Of a DNA stretch of 64,000 nt, positions 37,209 to 45,287 are shown piece after piece; position 1 is the stretch's first letter; every line of letters starts with the position of its first letter. The stretch spans positions 30,991-94,990 of the forward strand of contig CAITTG010000027.1 of the NCBI GenBank assembly GCA_903895255.1, given 5' to 3'. Under the pieces are notes generated by a model that saw only the letters and a list, made by a program, of their open reading frames with translations, had not been told where the DNA came from and ran no database searches. The translations under genes were made by a program, and so were the position numbers. This DNA comes from an uncultured Verrucomicrobia subdivision 3 bacterium (GTDB lineage: Bacteria > Verrucomicrobiota > Verrucomicrobiia > Limisphaerales > UBA11358).

Positions 37209-38029
37209 ATCTGACCGAGATGCGGGAACTGCTCACGAAGCGGGACATTCAACTGACGAAATCGCTGGGGCAGAATTTCCTGCACGATGGCAATCAACTG
37301 CGCCGGATCGTGAATGCGGCGGAGTTAAAGCCAGCGGACCGGGCGCTGGAAATTGGACCGGGGCTGGGGCCACTGACGGAGTTGCTGGTGGCGGAAGCGG
37401 GCGAGGTGCTGGCGATTGAGAAGGACGGACGGCTGGTGTCATTTTTGCGCGAGCAGTTTGCGGGCAGGGCCAACTTCACGCTGCTGCACGACGATGCGCT
37501 GGAGTATCTGCGGCGCAAGGAGCACGACTGGCAGGACTGGAAGCTGGTAGCCAACCTGCCGTATTCCGTGGCTTCGCCGATCCTGGTAGAGCTGGCCATG
37601 TCGCCCCGGCGGCCGGAGCGGATGGTGACGACGCTGCAACTCGAAGTGGCGCAGCGCTTGATGGCGCGGGCGGATGACGATGATTACGGCATTCTGACGC
37701 TGCTGGTGCAACTGGATTACGCGCCGAAGGAATGGTTCAAGATTCCGGCCGGGTGCTTTTTTCCGTCGCCGGACGTGGACTCGGCGTGCGTGGTGCTGAC
37801 ACGGCGGCCGGAGCCGTTTTTGCGGGAAGACCAGCGGCCCATGTTTGTGCGGATTGTGAAGCGGGCGTTTTCGCAGCGGCGCAAGATGATGCTGAAATTG
37901 CTGAAGCAGGAGTGGCCGGTGGAGAAGCTGACGGCGGCGTTTGCGGAGTTGGGGATTTCGACTATGGAGCGGGCGGAGAAATTGGGGTTGGAGCAGTTTA
38001 CCGCGCTCACAAAAATATTGCATCCGTAG
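37199..38029 (+). CDS. rsmA: 16S rRNA (adenine1518/1519-N6)-dimethyltransferase RsmA/KsgA
   Basis: KSLGQNFL, EIGPGLG.LT, NLPY motifs. Start uncertain (GTG 37199/37205 or ATG 37220). Confidence 0.9.
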   Translation: MPVNLTEMRELLTKRDIQLTKSLGQNFLHDGNQLRRIVNAAELKPADRALEIGPGLGPLTELLVAEAGEVLAIEKDGRLVSFLREQFAGRANFTLLHDDALEYLRRKEHDWQDWKLVANLPYSVASPILVELAMSPRRPERMVTTLQLEVAQRLMARADDDDYGILTLLVQLDYAPKEWFKIPAGCFFPSPDVDSACVVLTRRPEPFLREDQRPMFVRIVKRAFSQRRKMMLKLLKQEWPVEKLTAAFAELGISTMERAEKLGLEQFTALTKILHP

Positions 38030-38043
38030 CGGGCATGGTCATC

Positions 38044-38126
38044 AAACCACGGATGGATGCGGAGGGAGAAACATCCAAGCACCAACCTCCAACCTCCAAT
38101 GAAATTCCAAGCTCCAATATTCAAGG
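38044..38126. repeat. Composite intergenic repeat: AAACCACGGATGG word followed by a CTCCAA-type low-complexity tract
   Basis: aaaccacggatgg at 38044 (15 nt after the rsmA stop), then caagcaccaacctccaacctccaat..ccaagctccaat. TCCAAGCTCCA is shared with 44436 and 59257. Confidence 0.6.
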
Positions 38127-38227
38127 AAGCGTGAATATGTAATTTGACCGTGGATTTCACGGATGACCAGGGTGGTATAGCGTCCGATGAATCGTGGCTG
38201 GAACCGGCGGTTTTTTCCAGCCGGAGG

Positions 38228-38437
38228 TTACAAACCAGTTTTACCCGCCCCAGACCTTTTCAGAATAAAATAAATAATTAAAGCGGCAGATGCCCCGATC
38301 AAGGCAGACAATCCTGCAGCCAAAAACACGTCCAAATGAAAAACTCCCATGAACAAGTTCATCGCCACTGCTTGAACAATAATCAGGGAAATTAGCGGGA
38401 GATATTTCATATATGCGTCCGTAAGCTTAACAGGCAT
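38228..38437 (-). CDS. Small two-TM membrane protein (hypothetical)
   Basis: 69-aa ORF with two hydrophobic helices. AT-rich. No family recognised. Confidence 0.35.
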   Translation of the reverse strand: MPVKLTDAYMKYLPLISLIIVQAVAMNLFMGVFHLDVFLAAGLSALIGASAALIIYFILKRSGAGKTGL

Positions 38438-38748
38438 CTGTCAGCTAATTATTTTTAATCATGAACCGCATAGGTGCTTTATATTCCGGGGTTTCTGCTT
38501 TGTCAACTTGCGCTTGGGGAAAATGGCCCATCGGGATGGGAGACAAACTACTTCCAATGGGTCAGTTTTTCGCCGGTTTTAACGCTTTATGATTTCCGAA
38601 ATTCGGCATGTAGGGATTACCAGCAGGTTTCCGGGGTCCCGCCGGGGTGCGAGCGCTTTCCGGTTCATTACCAGGGGCGGCGCCGAGCTTGCCCCCGGCT
38701 AATTTCCGAGGCCTCGCGGGGGCTTGAGAGTGCCGCTACAAGCAGACG

Positions 38749-39468
38749 TCATTGGGAGGAGGGCGGACGCGGGGCGGCGGGCGGGGACTTTTCGGGCAAT
38801 TTCAAATTTTCCAACCGGGTTTTTAAATTGGGATCATACGGAGCATCATGGCGGCTCTGTTCCAGGGCCGGACGAATGATGGCGGCACGCACATCGATTT
38901 CTTTTTGCCATAATCGCCGCCACAGTTCCCGGGTGTTGGCGAGCATGTCGCCATGAGAGGTTTCCTCGTCGAACTTGGGGCGGTACAGGTCCACGGCTTT
39001 TTGAAGGTGGCGGATCAACTCTGACTCGGTGGGATGGCGAGTTTGGTGGATAACCAGCTTGAAGGCTTCCACATCTTTCTCCTCCAAACGCTGCAACTTG
39101 CTCACAAGGATGTCCCAAGGATGCACCAGGCGCAAAAGGTGTCCATGGCGCTCGACCAGAACCGCACGCGCGGCCCAGTCTTGCGTGCTGCGAAAGGCTT
39201 GGGGACGGCAGACTTGAATATAAAAGGCAGTCTGATCCACGCACAGTTGGTGAGACTCGACAAATTCCAATAGATAATCCCCCAAGTCATCTGGTGCATA
39301 AATGTCAATGTCCTGGCTCAAAAAGCCCGGATGCAAGAACAGTTGCAAGGGAGCGGAACCGAAGACGGTGATCTCCAGGCGGGGCGACTTGGGCAACAGG
39401 CAGGTGAGCTGGTCAAGCTGCCGGCCGGCGGGACAATTCCAATTGATATTTTCGGCCTTTAAATCCAT
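38749..39468 (-). CDS. Nucleotidyltransferase-fold protein (Pol-beta-like NTase, candidate toxin-antitoxin or defence component)
   Basis: ITVFGSAPLQLF...SQDIDIYAPDD (G-S ... D-x-D) NTase signature, later HPWDILVSKLQRLEEKDVEAF resembling the ..K...gR.KD..D.. motif of NTase-type toxin-antitoxin proteins. C-terminal Pro-rich tail. Confidence 0.6.
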   Translation of the reverse strand: MDLKAENINWNCPAGRQLDQLTCLLPKSPRLEITVFGSAPLQLFLHPGFLSQDIDIYAPDDLGDYLLEFVESHQLCVDQTAFYIQVCRPQAFRSTQDWAARAVLVERHGHLLRLVHPWDILVSKLQRLEEKDVEAFKLVIHQTRHPTESELIRHLQKAVDLYRPKFDEETSHGDMLANTRELWRRLWQKEIDVRAAIIRPALEQSRHDAPYDPNLKTRLENLKLPEKSPPAAPRPPSSQ

Positions 39469-39661
39469 GAAGGGCTTGCTGGATTAACCGCGGGGTGACG
39501 CTCTGGTCGGCCGCCAACTGGCGGCCCAAGGCGATATCCCTGGGGGTGGTCCGGCCAGTTTCCGCGCGCAACAAGATTCGGGCCGCAAGGCGAGACTTGC
39601 GCCACGAGGTGTCATAACGAGGATTGCCCGGTCCCAGCATGCTTATTACATACCGCAGCAA
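39413..39661 (-). CDS. Possible small DNA-binding partner ORF upstream of the NTase gene
   Basis: 82-aa ORF overlapping the NTase start by 56 nt. Segment TTPRDIALGRQLAADQSVTPRLIQQ is HTH-like. Weak support. Confidence 0.3.
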   Translation of the reverse strand: MLRYVISMLGPGNPRYDTSWRKSRLAARILLRAETGRTTPRDIALGRQLAADQSVTPRLIQQALHGFKGRKYQLELSRRPAA

Positions 39662-39791
39662 ATGCCTCGCGTCAACGACCCATAGGCAATCACGGGACCG
39701 GGAACGACAGTCGGGGCGGGGGAAATCCCCCCCACCGATAATAATGCTGGCACCCTGATGGCCGGTATGATGGGATGAAGGCCGAACTCAA

Positions 39792-40145
39792 ATGGATCGA
39801 ACGAAACTATTGTTTGTGTGCAGCCGGAACCGGCGGCGGAGTCTGACGGCGGAGATGGTGTTTCAGAATGATCCGCGCTGGCAGGTGCGGTCGGCGGGGA
39901 CGGAGGCGGGGGCGCGAATCAAGGTGACGGCCGGGATGCTCGGCTGGGCGGATGTCATCGTGGTGATGGAAAAACGCCACAAGGAGCGGTTGCGGCAGAA
40001 GTATCCGGAGGCAATGGCGGAGAAGCCGTGCGTGTGCCTGTTTATCCCGGATGATTATGAATATATGGAGGAGGAGTTGATCCGGGTGCTCCGGGAAAGG
40101 ATGGAGGAAACCTTCAAACCTCAACGAGGAACAGGAAATTTTTAA
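39792..40145 (+). CDS. Low-molecular-weight phosphotyrosine phosphatase family protein
   Basis: LLFVCSRNRRRSLTAE = CX5R(S/T) P-loop. 117 aa. Confidence 0.8.
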   Translation: MDRTKLLFVCSRNRRRSLTAEMVFQNDPRWQVRSAGTEAGARIKVTAGMLGWADVIVVMEKRHKERLRQKYPEAMAEKPCVCLFIPDDYEYMEEELIRVLRERMEETFKPQRGTGNF

Positions 40146-40176
40146 ACCACGGAATACTCGGAAAACACGGATAGGG
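40144..40176. repeat. Degenerate copy of the AAACCACGG...AACACGGAT motif
   Basis: aaaccacggaatactcggaaaacacggataggg starts inside the TAA stop of the preceding gene. Confidence 0.5.
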
Positions 40177-40313
40177 AAAAACGGCAAAGGCCCGGGATGA
40201 GGCATCCCAGCCGGACTGGGCGAGTGGCGTCATTTCACACCGCCAGGGGTTGCCGAGGAGACAAATCGTGAACGGACTGGCATCCGGCGGGAACGCTGGC
40301 TGGGTGACGCGGA

Positions 40314-40535
40314 TTACCTGGCGCCAAGAGGTGGCGGCAGAGGGTGCGGGGCGGTTGGATGGGGGGCACCGGGGGGCACGGCGGTGACGTGGCAGTAAAT
40401 CAAGTAGCCCACCACGGCCAGGACAAAGACGCCCATGGCAACAAACGGGAGCAGATCCAACACCAAATTGGGGCGGGAAGGACGGTGTTTGTTTTTGCGT
40501 CGGTGTCTGACCCACTCGCCGGTTGGTTGATCCAT
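40314..40535 (-). CDS. Small single-TM protein (hypothetical)
   Basis: 73-aa ORF. ATG preceded by GGAAGA. One strong TM helix (LVLDLLPFVAMGVFVLAVVGYLIY) and a Pro-rich tail. Confidence 0.3.
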   Translation of the reverse strand: MDQPTGEWVRHRRKNKHRPSRPNLVLDLLPFVAMGVFVLAVVGYLIYCHVTAVPPGAPHPTAPHPLPPPLGAR

Positions 40536-40601
40536 ATGGATTCTTCCGGAAGCATGCGCCCAGGCATGGGGCGCAGATTATACAAAAACCCAGTTTAAAC
40601 C

Positions 40602-40634
40602 AAAAAGGGGCACTCTGAGGATGCAGAGTGCCCC
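40602..40634 (-). terminator. Rho-independent terminator of hup
   Basis: Minus strand: GGGGCACTCTG-catcc-TCAGAGTGCCCC followed by TTTTTGG, 17 nt after the hup stop. Confidence 0.85.
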
Positions 40635-40650
40635 ATGAAAACAAAGGGGC

Positions 40651-40938
40651 TTACTTGGTGCCGAGGATGGCGTCTTTGGCGGCCTTGGCCACGCGGAATT
40701 TGACCACGCGCTTGGCGGCGATCTTGATGGATTCGCCGGTGGCGGGATTGCGGCCGATGCGGGCCTTGCGGTTCACGAGCACGAGCTTGCCCAGACCGGG
40801 AATCGTGAAGGTGTTCTTGGCGTTTTTGTAGGCCAGTTCCGCGATGTACTCGAGGATTTCGGTCGCGGTTTTCTTGGTGATGCCGTTTTTCTCAGCGATA
40901 GCGGCGGCGATTTGGGATTTGGACAAGGCTTTAGCCAT
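40651..40938 (-). CDS. hup: HU-family nucleoid-associated DNA-binding protein
   Basis: MAKALSKSQI...GLGKLVLVNRKARIGRNPATGESIKIAAKRVVKFRVAK (beta-arm R-N-P motif). Confidence 0.9.
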   Translation of the reverse strand: MAKALSKSQIAAAIAEKNGITKKTATEILEYIAELAYKNAKNTFTIPGLGKLVLVNRKARIGRNPATGESIKIAAKRVVKFRVAKAAKDAILGTK

Positions 40939-41126
40939 ATATAATATGATGATTGTTGTTGTTTGACTACTGTCAGTGCCCTGTAAATAAAGGGTTTCTC
41001 ACCATCAGTGCAACAAAAAAAATGACTTTTTTTAAAAGTCAACCAACCGGGCCGGCCACGGGCGGGCGGGTTCGATATCAAAAGTCACGCCGGCCGGGGG
41101 CGCGCAACGCCTCATTTTTCCCGGGA

Positions 41127-42236
41127 TCAGGCGCGGAAAAACTCATGAATTACGGCGGAAACGCGCTGAATTTGCGCCTCGGTCATTTCCGGATAAATGG
41201 GGAGGCTGAGGCATTCGCGGGCGGCCTTTTCGGTGACGGGGAAATCGCCCGGCTGATGCCCCAGGCCGGCATAGCATTTCTGGAGGTGGAGGGGCAGCGG
41301 ATAATGGAGGGCGCAGCCAATGCCGGACTGGTCCAACCGGGCTTTCAAGGCATCCCGGCGCGGATGACGGATGACATACAAACACCAGGCGCTTTGGGCG
41401 TAAGCCTCCTCGCGGGGCAGTTGGAGCGGGGTGTCGGCGAGCAGCTCGTGGTAGCGTTGGGCGACGCGGCGGCGTTCCGCGATCCAGCGGGGCAGGTGTT
41501 TTAATTTGACGCCCAGCACGGCCCCTTGGATGCCCTCCATGCGATAATTATAGCCAACTTCATCGTGGTAATAGCGGACGGAGGAGCCGTGCTCGCGGAG
41601 GGAACGGGCGCGTTTTTCAAAGGCCGGGTTATTGGTGAGCAGGCCGCCACCCTCGCCGGTGGCGCCGAGATTTTTGCCGGGGTAAAAGCTGAAGCAGGAT
41701 ATGTCACCGAAGCCACCCACCAAGCGGCCTTTATAGGTCGCCCCATGAGCCTGGGCGGCATCCTCGACCACGGGCAGACCCTGCTTTTGCGCAATGGCGA
41801 GGAGAGGATCGAGGTCAAAAGGATGGCCGTAAAGATGCACGGGCATGATGGCCCTGGTGCGGGGGGTGATGGCGCGCTCGACCAGTTTGGGGTCGAGATT
41901 CATGGTGCCATCCTCAATGTCCACATATACGGGTTTGGCGCCCACATAGGAGATGGCCCAACTGGTGGCCACGAAGGTGTAAGGGGTGGTGATGACCTCG
42001 TCGCCCGGCCCGACATTGAGCAGGAGCATGGCGATGTGGAGGGCGGAGGTGCCGCTATTAAAGCCGAGGGCATGCTTGGTGCCAATGTAGGCGGCAAAAT
42101 CTTTTTCAAACTGGACGGTATCCGGCCCGAGACAGAAGGAACAGCGGTCAAGCGTGCGGGCGATAGCCAGGTCCACTTCCGCCCGGATGGAACGCAGTTG
42201 GGCGGGGAGGTCCAAATAGGGTACTGGGTCACTCAT
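41127..42236 (-). CDS. DegT/DnrJ/EryC1/StrS-family sugar aminotransferase
   Basis: FEKDFAAYIG..HALGFNSGTSALH, DAAQAHGA, SFYPGKNLGA (PLP lysine) blocks. Confidence 0.9.
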   Translation of the reverse strand: MSDPVPYLDLPAQLRSIRAEVDLAIARTLDRCSFCLGPDTVQFEKDFAAYIGTKHALGFNSGTSALHIAMLLLNVGPGDEVITTPYTFVATSWAISYVGAKPVYVDIEDGTMNLDPKLVERAITPRTRAIMPVHLYGHPFDLDPLLAIAQKQGLPVVEDAAQAHGATYKGRLVGGFGDISCFSFYPGKNLGATGEGGGLLTNNPAFEKRARSLREHGSSVRYYHDEVGYNYRMEGIQGAVLGVKLKHLPRWIAERRRVAQRYHELLADTPLQLPREEAYAQSAWCLYVIRHPRRDALKARLDQSGIGCALHYPLPLHLQKCYAGLGHQPGDFPVTEKAARECLSLPIYPEMTEAQIQRVSAVIHEFFRA

Positions 42237-42333
42237 GATTAGAAAAATAAATTAGCCGGCCGGTTTTGAACAGGAGATTTGCAGGGAAAGAAAACTTTTG
42301 ACCGGTGGTTTTCCCTTGCCCTAGTATCCAAGG

Positions 42334-43008
42334 GTGTTTAAGCAGCGAAGCATCAGCAGCACCCCGGTGTCGGCCAACTCCAAGCCGCTGGCCGCTCAGA
42401 CGGGCAGAGGCCGCCAGTGGCGACTCGGTGCGGGACTGCTCGGCCTGGTGGTGACATTGCTGCTCTGGGCTGGTTGCGCCACACCGCCCCAGCCGGAATC
42501 ACCGAAGTACACGCAGATCATCCTGCGCGAGGGGGACGTCCTGGCGATCACCTTCCCGGGTTCCACCAATTTGAACACCGTGCAGGTGATCCGGCGGGAC
42601 GGCATGATCTCGCTGCCGCTCCTGGGTGATGTGACGGCGGTGGATATGACGCCGGCGCAATTTGAGGACAAGGTGGTGAAGATGTTTGAGCCGCAGGTGG
42701 CGACGCGGTCGGTGCTGGTGAGTGTGCAGTCGGCATCCTATCCGATCTTTGTGACGGGCGCGGTGCAGCGCCCGGGCAAGATGCTGATCAGCGAGCCCAC
42801 GACGGTGATTGACGCGATTTTAGATGGCGGCGGGTTTGATTACCAGCGGGCCAACGTGCACAAAGTCCGGGTCATCCGGCAGGCGAACGGCAAGACGGAG
42901 CGGTTCGTGCTGGACCTGCAACTGGTGCTGGACGGGAAGAACACCAAGGAGTTTTACGTGCGGCCCAACGACATTATTTTCGTGCCGGAAAAGTTCACCT
43001 GGTTTTAG
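42334..43008 (+). CDS. Polysaccharide export lipoprotein (Wza-like: Poly_export + SLBB)
   Basis: Lipobox LLLWAGC. ILREGDVLAITFPG...V.RDGMISLPLLGDV.A..MT..Q and a later SLBB-like segment. GTG start. Confidence 0.8.
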   Translation: MFKQRSISSTPVSANSKPLAAQTGRGRQWRLGAGLLGLVVTLLLWAGCATPPQPESPKYTQIILREGDVLAITFPGSTNLNTVQVIRRDGMISLPLLGDVTAVDMTPAQFEDKVVKMFEPQVATRSVLVSVQSASYPIFVTGAVQRPGKMLISEPTTVIDAILDGGGFDYQRANVHKVRVIRQANGKTERFVLDLQLVLDGKNTKEFYVRPNDIIFVPEKFTWF

Positions 43009-43032
43009 CGCACGGCGATCCCAGCGGTGACT

Positions 43033-44376
43033 TCAGTAGGAATAACTCACATCAAAACCGAGCTGGGTGGTGCCGTAACTAAATCCGCCGGCGGTGGATT
43101 GATTATTGCTGTACTGCCAGGTGAGTCCCAGCGAACCGCGTTGCAGGAAGGGACAACTCAACCGCGTGTTGAAGGAGTAGGAATGATCCGTGCGGCCGGG
43201 CGTGCCGGGCTGAGTGGAGACATAATCGTCGGTGTTATAAGTGGCGGTGGCGGCCAGGTGCAGATGGCCGAGCAACCGCTGGTTAAAGCCGATGCCGTAA
43301 GAGGTGCCGACGGTGACGGTTCCCTGCAAAATGGAAGGCGTCACGGCCTGGCTGATGCTGCACGAGATACTGGTGTTCGGCAGAATCTGGTCTTGCAAGC
43401 TGGCGCCATAGGTGGGCTTGACGAGATTGGGCTGGTCATTCGAAAACTGACGGTCATCCACCCCGGCATTAGCCTGGAGACTGGTCTTGTCAGTGATGCG
43501 CCAGCCAAACTGTCCCTGAAGATTTTGGAACGTCTGGTTGGGACTGTTGTCCGATTGCACGTAACCACCGCCCAAACCGGCCCCGAAGGTAAATTGCCGC
43601 CAGAATTTAAAATTTAACATTTCCATGGTGGACCATTGCATGGTGCTTTGCACCCCTGTGCCACTCGATGAACCACTCGCGTATTGAAGGCTCTGGTTCA
43701 ACCCCATGTCGAGGGTGAGCACGCGGTTGAGCTGGTACCCGGCATTCAGCGCGGTCCCGTAGGATTGGGTATCGGTCTGGGTGCCGGTTTGCACAGTGGG
43801 GGAGGAGGACTCGGTAAAGCTCTGGGAGAGGCCGAGGTTCCACTTATCGTTGGTGACCCCGCCGTGCAGATTGACGGACTGGTCCACGCCGTTCCGGAAA
43901 TTAGGGTCGGAGTAAAACCGGAGGGTGGGCGAATAATCAAGGACCCAGTTGGGTCCGAAGTCCACGAGAAAACCGGGGGACAAATCCTGAACGGCGGTTT
44001 TATTTTGGGTGCCCGGGGAGGATTGCAAACCGTCCGTGTACAAATAACGGTAGGAGACGCGGGGGCGGAAGATCACGGGACCGTATTGGAACGGCTCATC
44101 GAGCGCGCCACGGGGGGGCTGGCCGGGGTTGAGCACTTGAAATTCACCGGGGTTGGCCTGCTCGGAAATGGTTTGGGGCACGCCGGAATCCGGGCCGGGA
44201 GCAATCTGACCGGAGCTGGCCGGGGGCGGGGCGGAGGTCATTTGGGCCCGGGCGCAGGGCGGACGGGACCACGCCAGCAGGAACACGAGACCGGCCCGAA
44301 CGGACCACGGGACCAGCCGCGCGCCGGGCCGGGAGGAGTGATGAGCCGGGTTGGGCACGGGCATACTGTGTGGCAA
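43033..44376 (-). CDS. Outer-membrane beta-barrel protein (hypothetical)
   Basis: N-terminal signal region. Alternating-polarity strands rich in Y/G/S/T/Q throughout. Aromatic C-terminus ...GFDVSYSY. Confidence 0.55.
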   Translation of the reverse strand: MPHSMPVPNPAHHSSRPGARLVPWSVRAGLVFLLAWSRPPCARAQMTSAPPPASSGQIAPGPDSGVPQTISEQANPGEFQVLNPGQPPRGALDEPFQYGPVIFRPRVSYRYLYTDGLQSSPGTQNKTAVQDLSPGFLVDFGPNWVLDYSPTLRFYSDPNFRNGVDQSVNLHGGVTNDKWNLGLSQSFTESSSPTVQTGTQTDTQSYGTALNAGYQLNRVLTLDMGLNQSLQYASGSSSGTGVQSTMQWSTMEMLNFKFWRQFTFGAGLGGGYVQSDNSPNQTFQNLQGQFGWRITDKTSLQANAGVDDRQFSNDQPNLVKPTYGASLQDQILPNTSISCSISQAVTPSILQGTVTVGTSYGIGFNQRLLGHLHLAATATYNTDDYVSTQPGTPGRTDHSYSFNTRLSCPFLQRGSLGLTWQYSNNQSTAGGFSYGTTQLGFDVSYSY

Positions 44377-44419
44377 AAATCGCAGTCAGGCAAGCAGGAG
44401 GGTGAGCCACGAGGCGGAA

Positions 44420-44474
44420 GCTCCACGCTCCAACATCCAAGCTCCAGAGAAACTTCAAACACCAAGCTTCAATG
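44420..44474. repeat. CTCCAA-type low-complexity intergenic tract
   Basis: gctccacgctccaacatccaagctccagagaaacttcaaacaccaagcttcaatgg. Shares TCCAAGCTCCAGAG with 59257-59270. Confidence 0.6.
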
Positions 44475-44543
44475 GAACCAGCCGAGCGTCATTCAGCAAG
44501 GAAGGCAGGTTCCAGAGCATTTCCATAAAGGCTCTAAAAGGCT

Positions 44544-45254
44544 TCAGGGAGACACCGGGGCGGGGTGGAAGAAGAATTGGGCGTAGATCCAGGCGATGGT
44601 TTCACCGAGCACGACGCGCACGCCCTCGCTGTAATGCCACCAATGCGCGGGTTCGTAGTCGGGATCGGGGATGGCAATGACGCCGATGGCGAAACCGGGA
44701 CCGAACGCTTTTTGGAAGAGCAGCCGGGAACGGCGGGCATGGGCATCCTCGGTGATGAGATTGAAACTGGTGTTGGTCACGCCGTGGGTTTGGAACCACT
44801 GGTGCAAGGCCAGGGCGGAGCTGTAGGTGCGGTCGCGACCGGATTCATGGCAGGGCACCATCTGGATGGCGGCGGCGGGCACGCCGGCTTTTTGCAAGGC
44901 CACCGCCCCGAGGTAGGCGTAGGTGTTAAAGTCGTTGGTCCGGCCATCCGTGCCAATGACCGGGCTGCCGGTGGTGTAGATTTTCGGGCATTCGGACTGC
45001 CGGAATTCCCGCACGGCGACCTGGGCGGCAAACTCCTGCCCCCAGCCTTCCATGACCAACACGCGCGAATCCACCCGCTGGGTCACCGCGAGAAAGGGCT
45101 GGATGTGGTGGATGACAAACCAGGCGATGCCCGCCAGGCACAGGAGCAGAACCGCCCAGCCGCGCCAGGACAAGCCCAGGCGCTCCCGGCGGTTAACGAG
45201 TCCCCAAACAAAAGTCTTATGATTCATGCAATGCCCGCTGACGACGGCCCGCAC
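44544..45254 (-). CDS. DUF218 / YdcF-ElyC-SanA family protein
   Basis: N-terminal TM helix, then VLVMEGWG...YTTG...GV....I........T...A........ and a LITEDAHARRSRLLFQKAFG-type C-terminal block. Confidence 0.7.
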   Translation of the reverse strand: MRAVVSGHCMNHKTFVWGLVNRRERLGLSWRGWAVLLLCLAGIAWFVIHHIQPFLAVTQRVDSRVLVMEGWGQEFAAQVAVREFRQSECPKIYTTGSPVIGTDGRTNDFNTYAYLGAVALQKAGVPAAAIQMVPCHESGRDRTYSSALALHQWFQTHGVTNTSFNLITEDAHARRSRLLFQKAFGPGFAIGVIAIPDPDYEPAHWWHYSEGVRVVLGETIAWIYAQFFFHPAPVSP

Positions 45255-45287
45255 ATTAATGGAAATGCCCGGGAAAACAAATCCCGT

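Noticed and set aside
40114-40644. 176-aa minus-strand ORF downstream of hup
   Set aside because: It starts inside the hup terminator hairpin, runs through repeat DNA and overlaps the phosphatase gene's end. It is Pro/Gly/Cys-rich and not protein-like. Only the shorter 73-aa TM ORF in another frame was kept, at low confidence.
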